From: Kiritimatiella glycovorans
GTDB taxonomy: Bacteria; Verrucomicrobiota; Kiritimatiellia; Kiritimatiellales; Kiritimatiellaceae
DNA length: 32,000 bases
Reading direction: 5' to 3'
Assembly (NCBI RefSeq): GCF_001017655.1
Contig: NZ_CP010904.1
Location: 510,001-542,000 of the forward strand
Shown here: positions 23,600 to 31,937 of the stretch, piece by piece
Position numbering within the stretch: the first letter of the stretch is position 1
How the letters are laid out: every line of letters starts with the position of its first letter
Notes under the pieces: generated by a model
Database searches by the model: none
Told to the model about the DNA's origin: nothing
Seen by the model: the letters and a program-made list of their open reading frames with translations, nothing else
Translations under genes and position numbers: made by a program

Positions 23600-26013
23600 A
23601 GACGAATTGCATCCTCCTGTCCGCCGTTTTCTCCGTCCTCACCTTTGCCGGCGCCGATGCCCAGACGTCCACCCCTCAGGACCGGTTCGACCGCATTGAC
23701 CGTAATGGCGATGGCCGGGTGACACCACGCGAACTGCCGCGGGAAGCGTTGTTCAAACGGCTCGACCACAACGGCGACGGGGTCATCGAGAAGGCCGAAC
23801 TGCCGGGCGGCAATACCCGTCGGCGGAATCGCGCGGCAACCGCGAAAGAGAACGCGCCCGCCATGCCCGAGGAGCCCGCGCACACCGCGCACCGCGACAT
23901 CCCCTATGCCAAGATCGAGGGCGTCGATCCCGGCCTGCTGAGCCTCGACCTATACGTGCCGAAAGGCAAGGTTACGGCACAGGGCCGTCCGGTGCTCGTC
24001 ATGATCCACGGCGGCGGCTGGCGCCGCGGCGACAAGGCCAATCGCGCCACGGTCGGCGCCAAGATGCGCCATTTCGTCGGCAAGGGCTACATCTATGCGC
24101 CCATCAACTACCGCTTGTCGCCCGCCGAACCCGGCGGCAACGGCGTGCAACACCCGGTTCACGCGCAGGACTGCGCCAGGGCGCTGGCCTGGATTCACGA
24201 TCACATCGATGACTACGGGGGCGACCCGGCTCGCATCCATTTGATGGGGCACTCCGCCGGCGCGCACCTGGCCGGCCTGATCGGCACGAACGAACGCTTC
24301 CTCAAGGCCGAAGGCAAATCACTGGCGATCCTCAAGACCAACGTGTTGCTGGACACCGCCGCACTGGACATCCCGAGCTACCTCGAGGCGCAAGACGGCA
24401 AAGGCATGACGGCGCTCTATCACAACGCTTTCACTGACAAACCAGCCAACTGGCGCGACGCCTCGCCCCGGCTGCACGTAAAACCTGACAAGCAGATTCC
24501 GCCCACCCTGATCTTCTACGGCGGCACGCGGATGCTCCTGAACCGCTTCGCGCCGGACTTCGCACGCGCGCTCCACAAGGCTGGCACGCCAGCGCAAGCC
24601 ATCGATGTCGCTCCGCTCGACCACGGGCAGATCAATGCCTTCATCGGTACCGTGGACGACCCGATGACAGCGCTGATCATGCGGCTGCACGCCGGCGAAG
24701 ATGCTGCAGGATTTCCTGCCCGGATCACCCCCTGCGCCGCGGATCCGGTCGATCGCGAGACCGCGCGGGCCGATAACAACGTAACCTTCGAACGCAGCTA
24801 TGCCGCAGGGACGCGCGACGCCAGAGGCCGGTTCATGGGGGGCACCGAGACCATGCATCTGGTCGCACATGATGGACACCTGTTCGCCGGTCTCGGCTAC
24901 TGGACCGATCAACCCGGCAGCGACCCGCGGCCCGGCGCACAGATCCTCCGCAAGGACGGGCCAGAGAAACCGTGGCGCCTGGAACGAAGTTTCCCGGGAG
25001 CGGTTCGGATCAACGCGATGACATCCATAAGCTTCTCGGTCGATCGCCGTGGCGAGAAACTGGAATCGCCCGTTACCCTGCTCGTCGCCGACGCCGGGCT
25101 GATTCGTTCCCGGCGGTCGGGCGCGCTCGTGTGTTTCGTCAGAAACGATGCATCGGGCGAATGGGAAGAATGTACGATCGCGCCGCAAGCGAATCGCGCT
25201 TACATCCGCGCCTTCGGCTTTCATCGGGCCGCCGAGACCGGCGTCGAATACCTATTCGCGGGCACCGGCGCCGGCGAGATCTATCGCGGCAGCTACGACG
25301 CCAAGGCTCCCGGCGGCATCCGCTGGCGGGCCAAGCCCGAGTACACCAATCCCGATTTCGACGGCGGCCCGTTCAAACGCTGTCAGGGCTTCACCGTGGC
25401 CAACGGCAGGCTCTATGCCTCCGTCTCGCCGCGCCTGCTCGTGCGCCATGACGGCGCCCAGCCCAGGTGGACCGAGGTCTTCCGGTGGAAACCGGAACAG
25501 CGCGCTGGTGCCGGCTTGCGCGGGATCACCGCCGTGCCCGCGCCCGACGGCACGCACGAGGTCATCCTCGGCTCCAGGGAACAGGAGGGCCGCATCCTCC
25601 GCATCGACCCGGCAGTCGGGCACAAGGTCACCGATGAACTCAACTCGCAGCAATTCCTCAAGGCGCAACGCGGCAGCTTCCGCGGCGGCAGGCTGGTCGC
25701 CTACAACCGCTTCATTCCGGGGATGCATCCGGTGACCGGGCAACCGATCCACTGGGTCACCGTGGCGGGAATCAAGCCCAACGACACCCGCGCCGCCTGG
25801 CTGCTGATTCGGCACCCCGACGCCACCTACGACACGGTCCGCGTGTTCGATCCGAACCTCGATCCGCATCCGCTGCTCGTCTCGACGCGCACTCTCGAAT
25901 TCGCCCCCTGGAATCCCCGCGAGTTTTACACCGGCGGCTACGACGGCGCCGCCAACGATCGCAAAAACCACAACACCGCCTGGATCTTTAAGGGCAGCTT
26001 GCAAGGGGACTGA
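23596..26013 (+). CDS. secreted EF-hand + alpha/beta-hydrolase (esterase/lipase HGGGW type) with a large unassigned C-terminal domain
   Basis: Signal peptide MKTNCILLSAVFSVLTFAGADA. Two EF-hand loops, DRNGDGRVTPRE and DHNGDGVIEKAE. Oxyanion HGGGWRRGDK and nucleophile elbow GHSAGAH. Residues from ~375 on (nt ~24720-26010) carry no motif I recognise. Confidence 0.8.
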   Translation: MKTNCILLSAVFSVLTFAGADAQTSTPQDRFDRIDRNGDGRVTPRELPREALFKRLDHNGDGVIEKAELPGGNTRRRNRAATAKENAPAMPEEPAHTAHRDIPYAKIEGVDPGLLSLDLYVPKGKVTAQGRPVLVMIHGGGWRRGDKANRATVGAKMRHFVGKGYIYAPINYRLSPAEPGGNGVQHPVHAQDCARALAWIHDHIDDYGGDPARIHLMGHSAGAHLAGLIGTNERFLKAEGKSLAILKTNVLLDTAALDIPSYLEAQDGKGMTALYHNAFTDKPANWRDASPRLHVKPDKQIPPTLIFYGGTRMLLNRFAPDFARALHKAGTPAQAIDVAPLDHGQINAFIGTVDDPMTALIMRLHAGEDAAGFPARITPCAADPVDRETARADNNVTFERSYAAGTRDARGRFMGGTETMHLVAHDGHLFAGLGYWTDQPGSDPRPGAQILRKDGPEKPWRLERSFPGAVRINAMTSISFSVDRRGEKLESPVTLLVADAGLIRSRRSGALVCFVRNDASGEWEECTIAPQANRAYIRAFGFHRAAETGVEYLFAGTGAGEIYRGSYDAKAPGGIRWRAKPEYTNPDFDGGPFKRCQGFTVANGRLYASVSPRLLVRHDGAQPRWTEVFRWKPEQRAGAGLRGITAVPAPDGTHEVILGSREQEGRILRIDPAVGHKVTDELNSQQFLKAQRGSFRGGRLVAYNRFIPGMHPVTGQPIHWVTVAGIKPNDTRAAWLLIRHPDATYDTVRVFDPNLDPHPLLVSTRTLEFAPWNPREFYTGGYDGAANDRKNHNTAWIFKGSLQGD

Positions 26014-26015
26014 CC

Positions 26016-28349
26016 ATGATGCGCAGCCTGAGAATCTCCATCGCCGCACTGCTCGTGGGCCTGCTTTGCGGTCATGCGTTCGCGCAAGAGACGAGCAGCA
26101 CAACGGATCGCTTTCGCCAACTCGACCGTGATCGCGACCGGAAACTCAGCCGGGATGAAGTCGCGGCCATTGCTGGCCTGCGACGTCTGTTTGCCCGGCT
26201 CGATGCCGATGGGGACGGCAATCTGTCGGAGGAGGAACGGAGTCGTTTCCCGCGTCTGAAGACACGATTGAAGGGCGCCGACAGAAATGGTGATGGCGCG
26301 GTCTCGTTCGACGAATTCCGCATGCATATTGCAGGATGGCTCGCGCCAGTGCAACATGAGCTCCGCGCAGGAAGACTCGCCCCCGGCAAGCATCTGCGCG
26401 TGGTACAGGTTGGAGATCTGGAGCGACGTTACCGCGTGCATGTGCCGAAGTCGTACGACGGAGCGAAACCTGTGCCTGTCGTTCTTGCCTTTCACGGCGG
26501 CGGCGGGAATCCCGGGAGCATGGTGCGGCTCAGCGGGTTGAATGCCAAGTCGGACGAGGCCGGCTTTGTCGTCGTATATCCCTATGGCAGTGGGCGCGAC
26601 CCCAATCGCGGTCTCACCTTCAATGCCGGAAATGTCGGCGGCTACGCCATGCATCAGAATATCGACGACGTCGCTTTTACCAGCGCGTTACTCGACGATT
26701 TGGCCGACATCATCCACATGGACGAAAACAGGGTTTTTGCCACCGGCATTTCGAACGGCGGCATGATGGCCTATCGCGTCGCCTCGGAACTGTCCGACCG
26801 CATCGCGGCTATCGCTCCGGTCGGCGGACCGATGGGCACCGCGGAGTGCAACCCGGCCTCTCCGGTTTCGGTCATCCATTTCCACGGAACCGCCGACGAG
26901 TTGGCTCCGTTTAACGGCGGACGGGGCAAAGGCACTTCTAATGTTCCGGCGGCCATGCGTCCGGAGTTCTTTTCGGTAGAACATTCCATCAACTGCTGGG
27001 TTGAAGCCAACGGCTGCGCAAAAGAACCCACCGTTACCCCAATGCCTGACACGGCAGATGACGGCATGCGGGTGATCCGCAAGGTTTGGGGCGGAGGGAA
27101 GAACGGTTCAGAGGTGGTGCTGTATGAAATTGAAGGCGGCGGCCACACCTGGCCCGGCATGGAACCGCCCGCTGCCATGCTCGGTGAATCCACCAAAGAT
27201 ATCTCCGCCAATGACCTCATGTGGGACTTTTTCCGGAAGCATGCACGCAAGGCCGACCGTCCGCGGAACAGGCAGAAAGCCCCCGGGAATGGCGCGATGG
27301 AACTGCTGCGCACTCCGGATGAGCACTTTGCCAAACTGCCCGACTACCCGTTCGAGCCGCGTTATCTTCATGTCGATGATCCGAATCTGCCAGAGGGCAA
27401 CCGCCGAATCCGCATGCATTACGCGGTCTCCGGTCCGGCCGATCGTCCCACCCTGCTGATGCTCCACGGCAATCCGTCGTGGTCGTATCTCTTTCGCAAA
27501 GTTGTACCGCTGATTAACGACGCAGGTTATCGGACAATTATGATTGATTATGTCGGCCACGGGAAATCCGACAAGCCTTCGTGCGAGTCGGACTACACCT
27601 ACGACCGGCATTTGGAATGGATATACCAGGCATTCAAGCAGTTGGACGACGATCCTGAACTTGGTCTCAATCAAGTCGTCCTACTCGGTCACGATTATGG
27701 TCATCCGTTGGGCGCCCTGGGCTTACCCCCATCTTTGGGCCACGGATCGCTGAAAATAAGGTGGAACCTGCGCGTCCCCGATTCCTCTTTTCGCGGTCAG
27801 CGTCCGGCACCGGTCGTTCTGTTCAGTCATGGATTGGGCGGGTCCCGGGAGGGCAGTGCGTATCTTGGGTATCATTGGGCAACTCGGGGATATGCGGCGG
27901 TGTTTCTGCAGCATCCCGGCAGTGACACCTCGGTGTGGAAGGATCAGCCGATGGGGAAGCGGATGTCGGCGATGAATGCGGCGGCCAGCGGGAAAAACTT
28001 TATGCTGCGAGTGAAGGATGTACCCGCCGTGCTGGATCAGCTTGAGACATGGAACCGGAGCGAAGAGCACGCACTGGCGGGACGGCTGGATATGGAAAAG
28101 GTCGGCATGTCCGGGCATTCCTTCGGGGCCGTAACAACCCAGGCGGTCAGCGGACAGACGTTTATGCGCAGACCCCTGTTTACGGATGCGCGGATTGATG
28201 CGGCGGTGGTGATGAGTCCCAGCAGCCCCCGGGCCGGATCCGCGACCGGAGCATTCGGACACGTGGCCACGCCGTTCTGCATTTCGACTCCGTCTCGATT
28301 CCGAAGTACGCCTCATCGGGAGTTCGGGGCTCGGAAATCTAAGGATTGA
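26016..28349 (+). CDS. secreted EF-hand + PHB-depolymerase/LpqC-type esterase, fused in frame to fragments of a haloalkane-dehalogenase-like and a PAF-acetylhydrolase-like hydrolase
   Basis: Signal peptide plus EF-hand loops (DADGDGNLSEEE, DRNGDGAVSFDE). LpqC-type esterase region: VVLAFHGGGG...GISNGGMM...IEGGGHTWPG. From M428 (nt 27297), MELLRTPDEHFAKLPDYPFEPRYLHV...LLMLHGNPSWSYLFRK...GHGKSDKP...LLGHDYG is the N-terminal ~140 aa of a dehalogenase-type fold. From ~27770, PVVLFSHGLGGSREGSAYLGYHWATRGYAAVFLQHPGSD...GMSGHSFGA is PAF-AH/dienelactone-hydrolase-like. Confidence 0.7.
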   Translation: MMRSLRISIAALLVGLLCGHAFAQETSSTTDRFRQLDRDRDRKLSRDEVAAIAGLRRLFARLDADGDGNLSEEERSRFPRLKTRLKGADRNGDGAVSFDEFRMHIAGWLAPVQHELRAGRLAPGKHLRVVQVGDLERRYRVHVPKSYDGAKPVPVVLAFHGGGGNPGSMVRLSGLNAKSDEAGFVVVYPYGSGRDPNRGLTFNAGNVGGYAMHQNIDDVAFTSALLDDLADIIHMDENRVFATGISNGGMMAYRVASELSDRIAAIAPVGGPMGTAECNPASPVSVIHFHGTADELAPFNGGRGKGTSNVPAAMRPEFFSVEHSINCWVEANGCAKEPTVTPMPDTADDGMRVIRKVWGGGKNGSEVVLYEIEGGGHTWPGMEPPAAMLGESTKDISANDLMWDFFRKHARKADRPRNRQKAPGNGAMELLRTPDEHFAKLPDYPFEPRYLHVDDPNLPEGNRRIRMHYAVSGPADRPTLLMLHGNPSWSYLFRKVVPLINDAGYRTIMIDYVGHGKSDKPSCESDYTYDRHLEWIYQAFKQLDDDPELGLNQVVLLGHDYGHPLGALGLPPSLGHGSLKIRWNLRVPDSSFRGQRPAPVVLFSHGLGGSREGSAYLGYHWATRGYAAVFLQHPGSDTSVWKDQPMGKRMSAMNAAASGKNFMLRVKDVPAVLDQLETWNRSEEHALAGRLDMEKVGMSGHSFGAVTTQAVSGQTFMRRPLFTDARIDAAVVMSPSSPRAGSATGAFGHVATPFCISTPSRFRSTPHREFGARKSKD

Positions 28350-28473
28350 ACGAGGGAGCGCACTGTGGTCCAACGGCGGACACGGAGGGGGCGACAGGCT
28401 TCGACGTGTAGCGGTCAAACCGATGCTTACGTTATAACGACTCTTTTCGCAGGCCGGCTGGTCAAAATTAACA

Positions 28474-28508
28474 AAACAGAAAGTTGCATAAAGTGATACT
28501 TTCTGTTT
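28474..28508. promoter_or_regulatory. 11-bp perfect inverted repeat immediately upstream of abiEi (candidate operator)
   Basis: AAACAGAAAGT - 13 nt - ACTTTCTGTTT, ending 10 nt before ATG 28519. AbiEi antitoxins are known to autoregulate through promoter inverted repeats. Confidence 0.45.
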
Positions 28509-28518
28509 ACCTGGCGGC

Positions 28519-29067
28519 ATGCAACCCATGTTCAAGCTGATTAGAGACCTCCGAGGCTTGCCGGAGTCGACGAAGCGTATTTTTGCTTTGCAGGACCTAA
28601 AGGCACTGCTTCCGGCCCATGGGCCGGATGCCTTCAAATTGGTGATCACCCGTTTGCAAAAGCGCGGCGAGTTGAACCGGCTGTGCCGCGGAATCTATAT
28701 GCTGCCCGACTGCGCCTTAAAGGGCAGCGACCTTCTCGGGCACGTGGCGGCCCGGCTGCGTGCCGCACAGTTTAATTATGTAAGCCTTGAAACCGTCTTG
28801 AGCGCGGCGGGGTTGATCTCGCAGATTCCGCTAAGCAGGATTACGCTCATGTCGTCCGGACGATCCAGCGTGATTTCATGCGGCAGGTACGGGGAAATCG
28901 AGTTTGTACATACCGGCAAAAAGGCTTCAGAACTGGCAAGGGAATTAACATATTCAGCCCAGCTGCAGAACTGGCAGGCATCTGTAGCGCTGGCTCTGCA
29001 GGACATGAAAGATACCCGTCGGGATACCGGAGTGGTGGATTGGGAGGCGGCACGTGAGTTTATTTGA
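28519..29067 (+). CDS. abiEi: AbiEi-family antitoxin / transcriptional regulator (type IV TA)
   Basis: An N-terminal winged-helix-like region with RLQKRGELNRLCRGIYML (family motif L.k.G.l.r..rG.Y). It sits directly upstream of, and overlaps, an AbiEii gene. Confidence 0.78.
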   Translation: MQPMFKLIRDLRGLPESTKRIFALQDLKALLPAHGPDAFKLVITRLQKRGELNRLCRGIYMLPDCALKGSDLLGHVAARLRAAQFNYVSLETVLSAAGLISQIPLSRITLMSSGRSSVISCGRYGEIEFVHTGKKASELARELTYSAQLQNWQASVALALQDMKDTRRDTGVVDWEAAREFI

Positions 29068-29917
29068 TCGGTTGGTAGAACAGGCAATGCAGTCGGAACG
29101 GGCGTTGGGCATCGTGCGCCCGGCGCTTGAAAAGGAACTTCTGCATCATGACATACTGCGCGAAATGAACCGTGGCGGCTTGATGGATGGTTTAACCTTT
29201 ATCGGAGGGACCTGCCTGAGAACCTGTTACGGATCTCCACGACTGAGTGAGGATCTTGACTTTACCGGCGGCTGTGATTTTGAAGCCGGTCAGCTGGCCG
29301 ATTTGGGAACGGTCCTCGAAAATACCTTGCTGGAAAAATATGGACTGGACATCCATGTCGACGCTCCGTTTCGGGAAGAGGGCAATACACATACCTGGAA
29401 GATCAGGATACAGACCCGACCGGCCTCGAAGCATCTTCCGGCTCAGCGCATCCATATTGATATCTGCGCATTGCCGAGTCATCAGTCACGCCCGTCCCTG
29501 CTGAGGAATCCTTGCGGAGTGAACATGGGAACAGAGGGGCTGATTCTGCAGGTAGAGTCCCGCGAAGAAATTCTGGCGGACAAATGGGTGGCACTGGCTC
29601 TTCGTCCGAACCGCATCATGTACCGTGACCTCTGGGATATTCTATGGTTGACCCGGCAGGACATACGGATGGACCCTAATCTGGTATATCAGAAACTAGA
29701 TGATCGAAACGTCCCCGGCACTGTTTTTTCCGCAGCCTTGCATGAGCGGGTCAGTGCACTGGAAAACGATCTGCAACACCGCCGGTTGTTTCGGCAGGAA
29801 ATGGAAAGATTTATTTTCGCATCGGATCAGAGAGAGGTACTAGGGGATTCCGGATTTTGGAATGGGTTGGTATTCCAGTTGAAGGAACAATCCAGGCATC
29901 TAATGGATAAGATATGA
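29054..29917 (+). CDS. abiEii: AbiEii/AbiGii-family nucleotidyltransferase toxin (DUF1814)
   Basis: LTFIGGTCLRTCYGSPRLSEDLDFTG matches the F.GGTAL...Y...R.S.D(L/I)DF nucleotidyltransferase motif. GTG start with GGGAGG 6 nt upstream. 14-nt overlap with abiEi. Confidence 0.85.
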   Translation: MSLFDRLVEQAMQSERALGIVRPALEKELLHHDILREMNRGGLMDGLTFIGGTCLRTCYGSPRLSEDLDFTGGCDFEAGQLADLGTVLENTLLEKYGLDIHVDAPFREEGNTHTWKIRIQTRPASKHLPAQRIHIDICALPSHQSRPSLLRNPCGVNMGTEGLILQVESREEILADKWVALALRPNRIMYRDLWDILWLTRQDIRMDPNLVYQKLDDRNVPGTVFSAALHERVSALENDLQHRRLFRQEMERFIFASDQREVLGDSGFWNGLVFQLKEQSRHLMDKI

Positions 29918-30113
29918 GCGATTATCCTATATCCGTCCGTTCCGATTTAGCCTGTTTTATTACAACGGGGTCGGACCTGCGCATGTTGTTGCTAATATAT
30001 ATGTTACGTATTATTGGCGGCCATATAGCCCCTCAAAACCGCAGACAGGGTCAGCCCGCACATTGCGTCATTTAGAATGACGAAAAGTTTGGCTCTTCGC
30101 AGATTTTTGTGGT

Positions 30114-30155
30114 GGCCCCGCTTCGCGGGTCTGCGGGCCTACTACGAGCGTGAAG
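30114..30155 (+). repeat. ~40-bp direct repeat, copy 1 (GCTTCGCGG..CTGCGGGCC.ACTACGA.CG)
   Basis: 31 of 37 core positions are identical to 30219-30259. It overlaps a 9-bp stem-loop, CTACTACGA (30139-30147) / TCGTAGTAG (30160-30168). A TTGTGG motif precedes it at 30107-30112. Confidence 0.65.
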
Positions 30156-30218
30156 AAGTTCGTAGTAGCGCCGTAAGCCTGCCCCCCGGCAGGCCAGGCG
30201 CGTGAAGATAACGGCCCT

Positions 30219-30259
30219 GGTCCTGCTTCGCGGACCTGCGGGCCGACTACGAACGCAAG
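30219..30259 (+). repeat. ~40-bp direct repeat, copy 2
   Basis: GGTCCTGCTTCGCGGACCTGCGGGCCGACTACGAACGCAAG aligns to 30114-30155. Confidence 0.65.
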
Positions 30260-30357
30260 AGAGAGCGCACCTTTTCTTTGCCTGTGCTCTTCTCATTCAT
30301 CTTTGCGGTCCCGGCGCCTTGGCGAGAGTCATTTCTTGTATTTTCGACCACGGATTA

Positions 30358-30447
30358 CCCCGGGGGAGGGGGATCGCGCCTTCGGCGCTCCGAGTACGAG
30401 TACGAGTGCGAGTACGGATTATGTTCACCCCTTCATGGCCTTCATGG
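30358..30447 (+). repeat. intergenic repeat module (GTACGA hexamers + ATTATGTTC + CCTTCATGG nonamers), copy 2
   Basis: CCCGGGGGAG..., four 6-bp AGTACG/AGTGCG units (30393-30416), GATTATGTTC, then CCTTCATGG twice (30430-30447). Same order as 3214-3308. Confidence 0.75.
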
Positions 30448-30649
30448 TCTATCCCATCCCGACAACGATGTTCACTCAGGCGGACCCTTTCCCCTGCGAC
30501 AATGAAAAGGGTTCCGGCTTTATTCCCGCCGGCTCAAAGGGTACAGTACCGTCTTACGCTTTGCGGTGGCCCGATCCGGGATCGGGGTTCGGCGGCCGGA
30601 GCCGGTTCGTCCGCCCCTGAGTGAGAAATATAAAACAAAGGAGAGCATC

Positions 30650-31924
30650 GTGAGTTACGGGGAAACTGAAATCCGGAAGATGTACGAAATGGCGAAGGAG
30701 CGTTACGCGGAGTACGGCGTGGACGTCGATGCCGCGCTGGAGCGCGCGCTCGAAATCCCGGTCTCCATGCACTGCTGGCAGACCGACGACGTGGTCGGCT
30801 TCGAGACGAAAGAGGAGGGACTCGACGGCGGCGGGATCATGGCCACGGGCGGCTACCCCGGCCGCGCCCGCAACGGCGACGAGTCGCGCGCGGATCTCGA
30901 ACAGGCCATGGCGCTCATCCCCGGTAAGGCCCGCGTCAATATTCATGCCATCTACGCCGAAACCGGCGGCAGGGTCGTCGATCGCGACGCCCTGGAGCCG
31001 GAACACTTTTCCGCCTGGATGGACTGGGCGCGCGCGCAGGGCGTGGGCCTCGATTTCAATCCCACGTTCTTCGGTCATCCGAAGGCGGACGACGGACTGT
31101 CGCTCTCTCACCCCGATCCGGCCATCCGCCGGTTCTGGGTCGATCACGGCCATGCCTGCCGGAAGATCGGCAAGGCGATGGCCGAGAGCCAGGGCGGACC
31201 GTGCTGCGTGAACTGGTGGATCCCGGACGGGACCAAGGATTATGCCGCCGACCGCTGGAGCCCCCGCGAGCGCCTGATCGAGTCGTACGACGCCCTGTTC
31301 AAGGCCGGGGACGACAGTGCCGGCTGCCTCGACTTCGTCGAGAGCAAGCTCTTCGGGATCGGCAGCGAGGCCTACGTGGCCGGCTCGGCCGAATTCTACA
31401 GCAACTACGCCCTCAGCCGCGGCGTCGGCCTCTGCCTCGATATGGGCCATTTCCATCCCACCGAGGAGATCTACGACAAGATCTCCAGTCAGCTGCTCTT
31501 CCAGCAGAACCTCCTGCTGCACGTCAGCCGGCCGATGCGCTGGGACAGCGACCACGTGGTGCTCTTCAGCGACGACCTGCAGCGGGTCTTCCAGGAGGTC
31601 CAGCGCGGATCGGCCTGGGACCGCGTGTTCGTGGCCGAGGACTTCTTTGACGCCTCGATCAACCGGATCGCCGCCTACGTCATCGGCACCCGCGCCGTCC
31701 GCAAGGCGATCCTGATGGCGCTGCTCGAACCGGTGGACCAGCTCAAGGCCTTCGAGAACGAGGGGCGCTGCGCCGAGCGGCTCGGCCTGATGGAAGAGGA
31801 AAAGACCCTTCCGTTCGCCGCCGTGTGGGACATGCTCTGCGCGCGGGCCGGCGTGCCGGTCGGCGGGGCCTGGATGGAGCGCGTGCGCGAGTACGAACAG
31901 GAAGTCCTCAAGACCCGCGGGTGA
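30650..31924 (+). CDS. rhaA: L-rhamnose isomerase
   Basis: Collinear with recalled E. coli RhaA over the full length: VSMHCWQTDDVVGFE, DLEQAMALIPG, GLDFNPTFFGHP, ESKLFGIGSE, CLDMGHFHPTE, LLLHVSRPMRWDSDHVV, FFDASINRIAAYVIGTRA and EYEQEVLKTRG. GTG 30650 with AAGGAG 6 nt upstream gives 424 aa. Confidence 0.9.
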   Translation: MSYGETEIRKMYEMAKERYAEYGVDVDAALERALEIPVSMHCWQTDDVVGFETKEEGLDGGGIMATGGYPGRARNGDESRADLEQAMALIPGKARVNIHAIYAETGGRVVDRDALEPEHFSAWMDWARAQGVGLDFNPTFFGHPKADDGLSLSHPDPAIRRFWVDHGHACRKIGKAMAESQGGPCCVNWWIPDGTKDYAADRWSPRERLIESYDALFKAGDDSAGCLDFVESKLFGIGSEAYVAGSAEFYSNYALSRGVGLCLDMGHFHPTEEIYDKISSQLLFQQNLLLHVSRPMRWDSDHVVLFSDDLQRVFQEVQRGSAWDRVFVAEDFFDASINRIAAYVIGTRAVRKAILMALLEPVDQLKAFENEGRCAERLGLMEEEKTLPFAAVWDMLCARAGVPVGGAWMERVREYEQEVLKTRG

Positions 31925-31937
31925 AGCCGTGCGTGAC

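Noticed and set aside
30072-30624. ORF-track entries 30072-30296 (-), 30202-30624 (+), 30278-30505 (+) and 30303-30620 (+).
   Set aside because: All are read-throughs of the repeat-dense region, mutually overlapping, with no RBS and no recognisable motifs.
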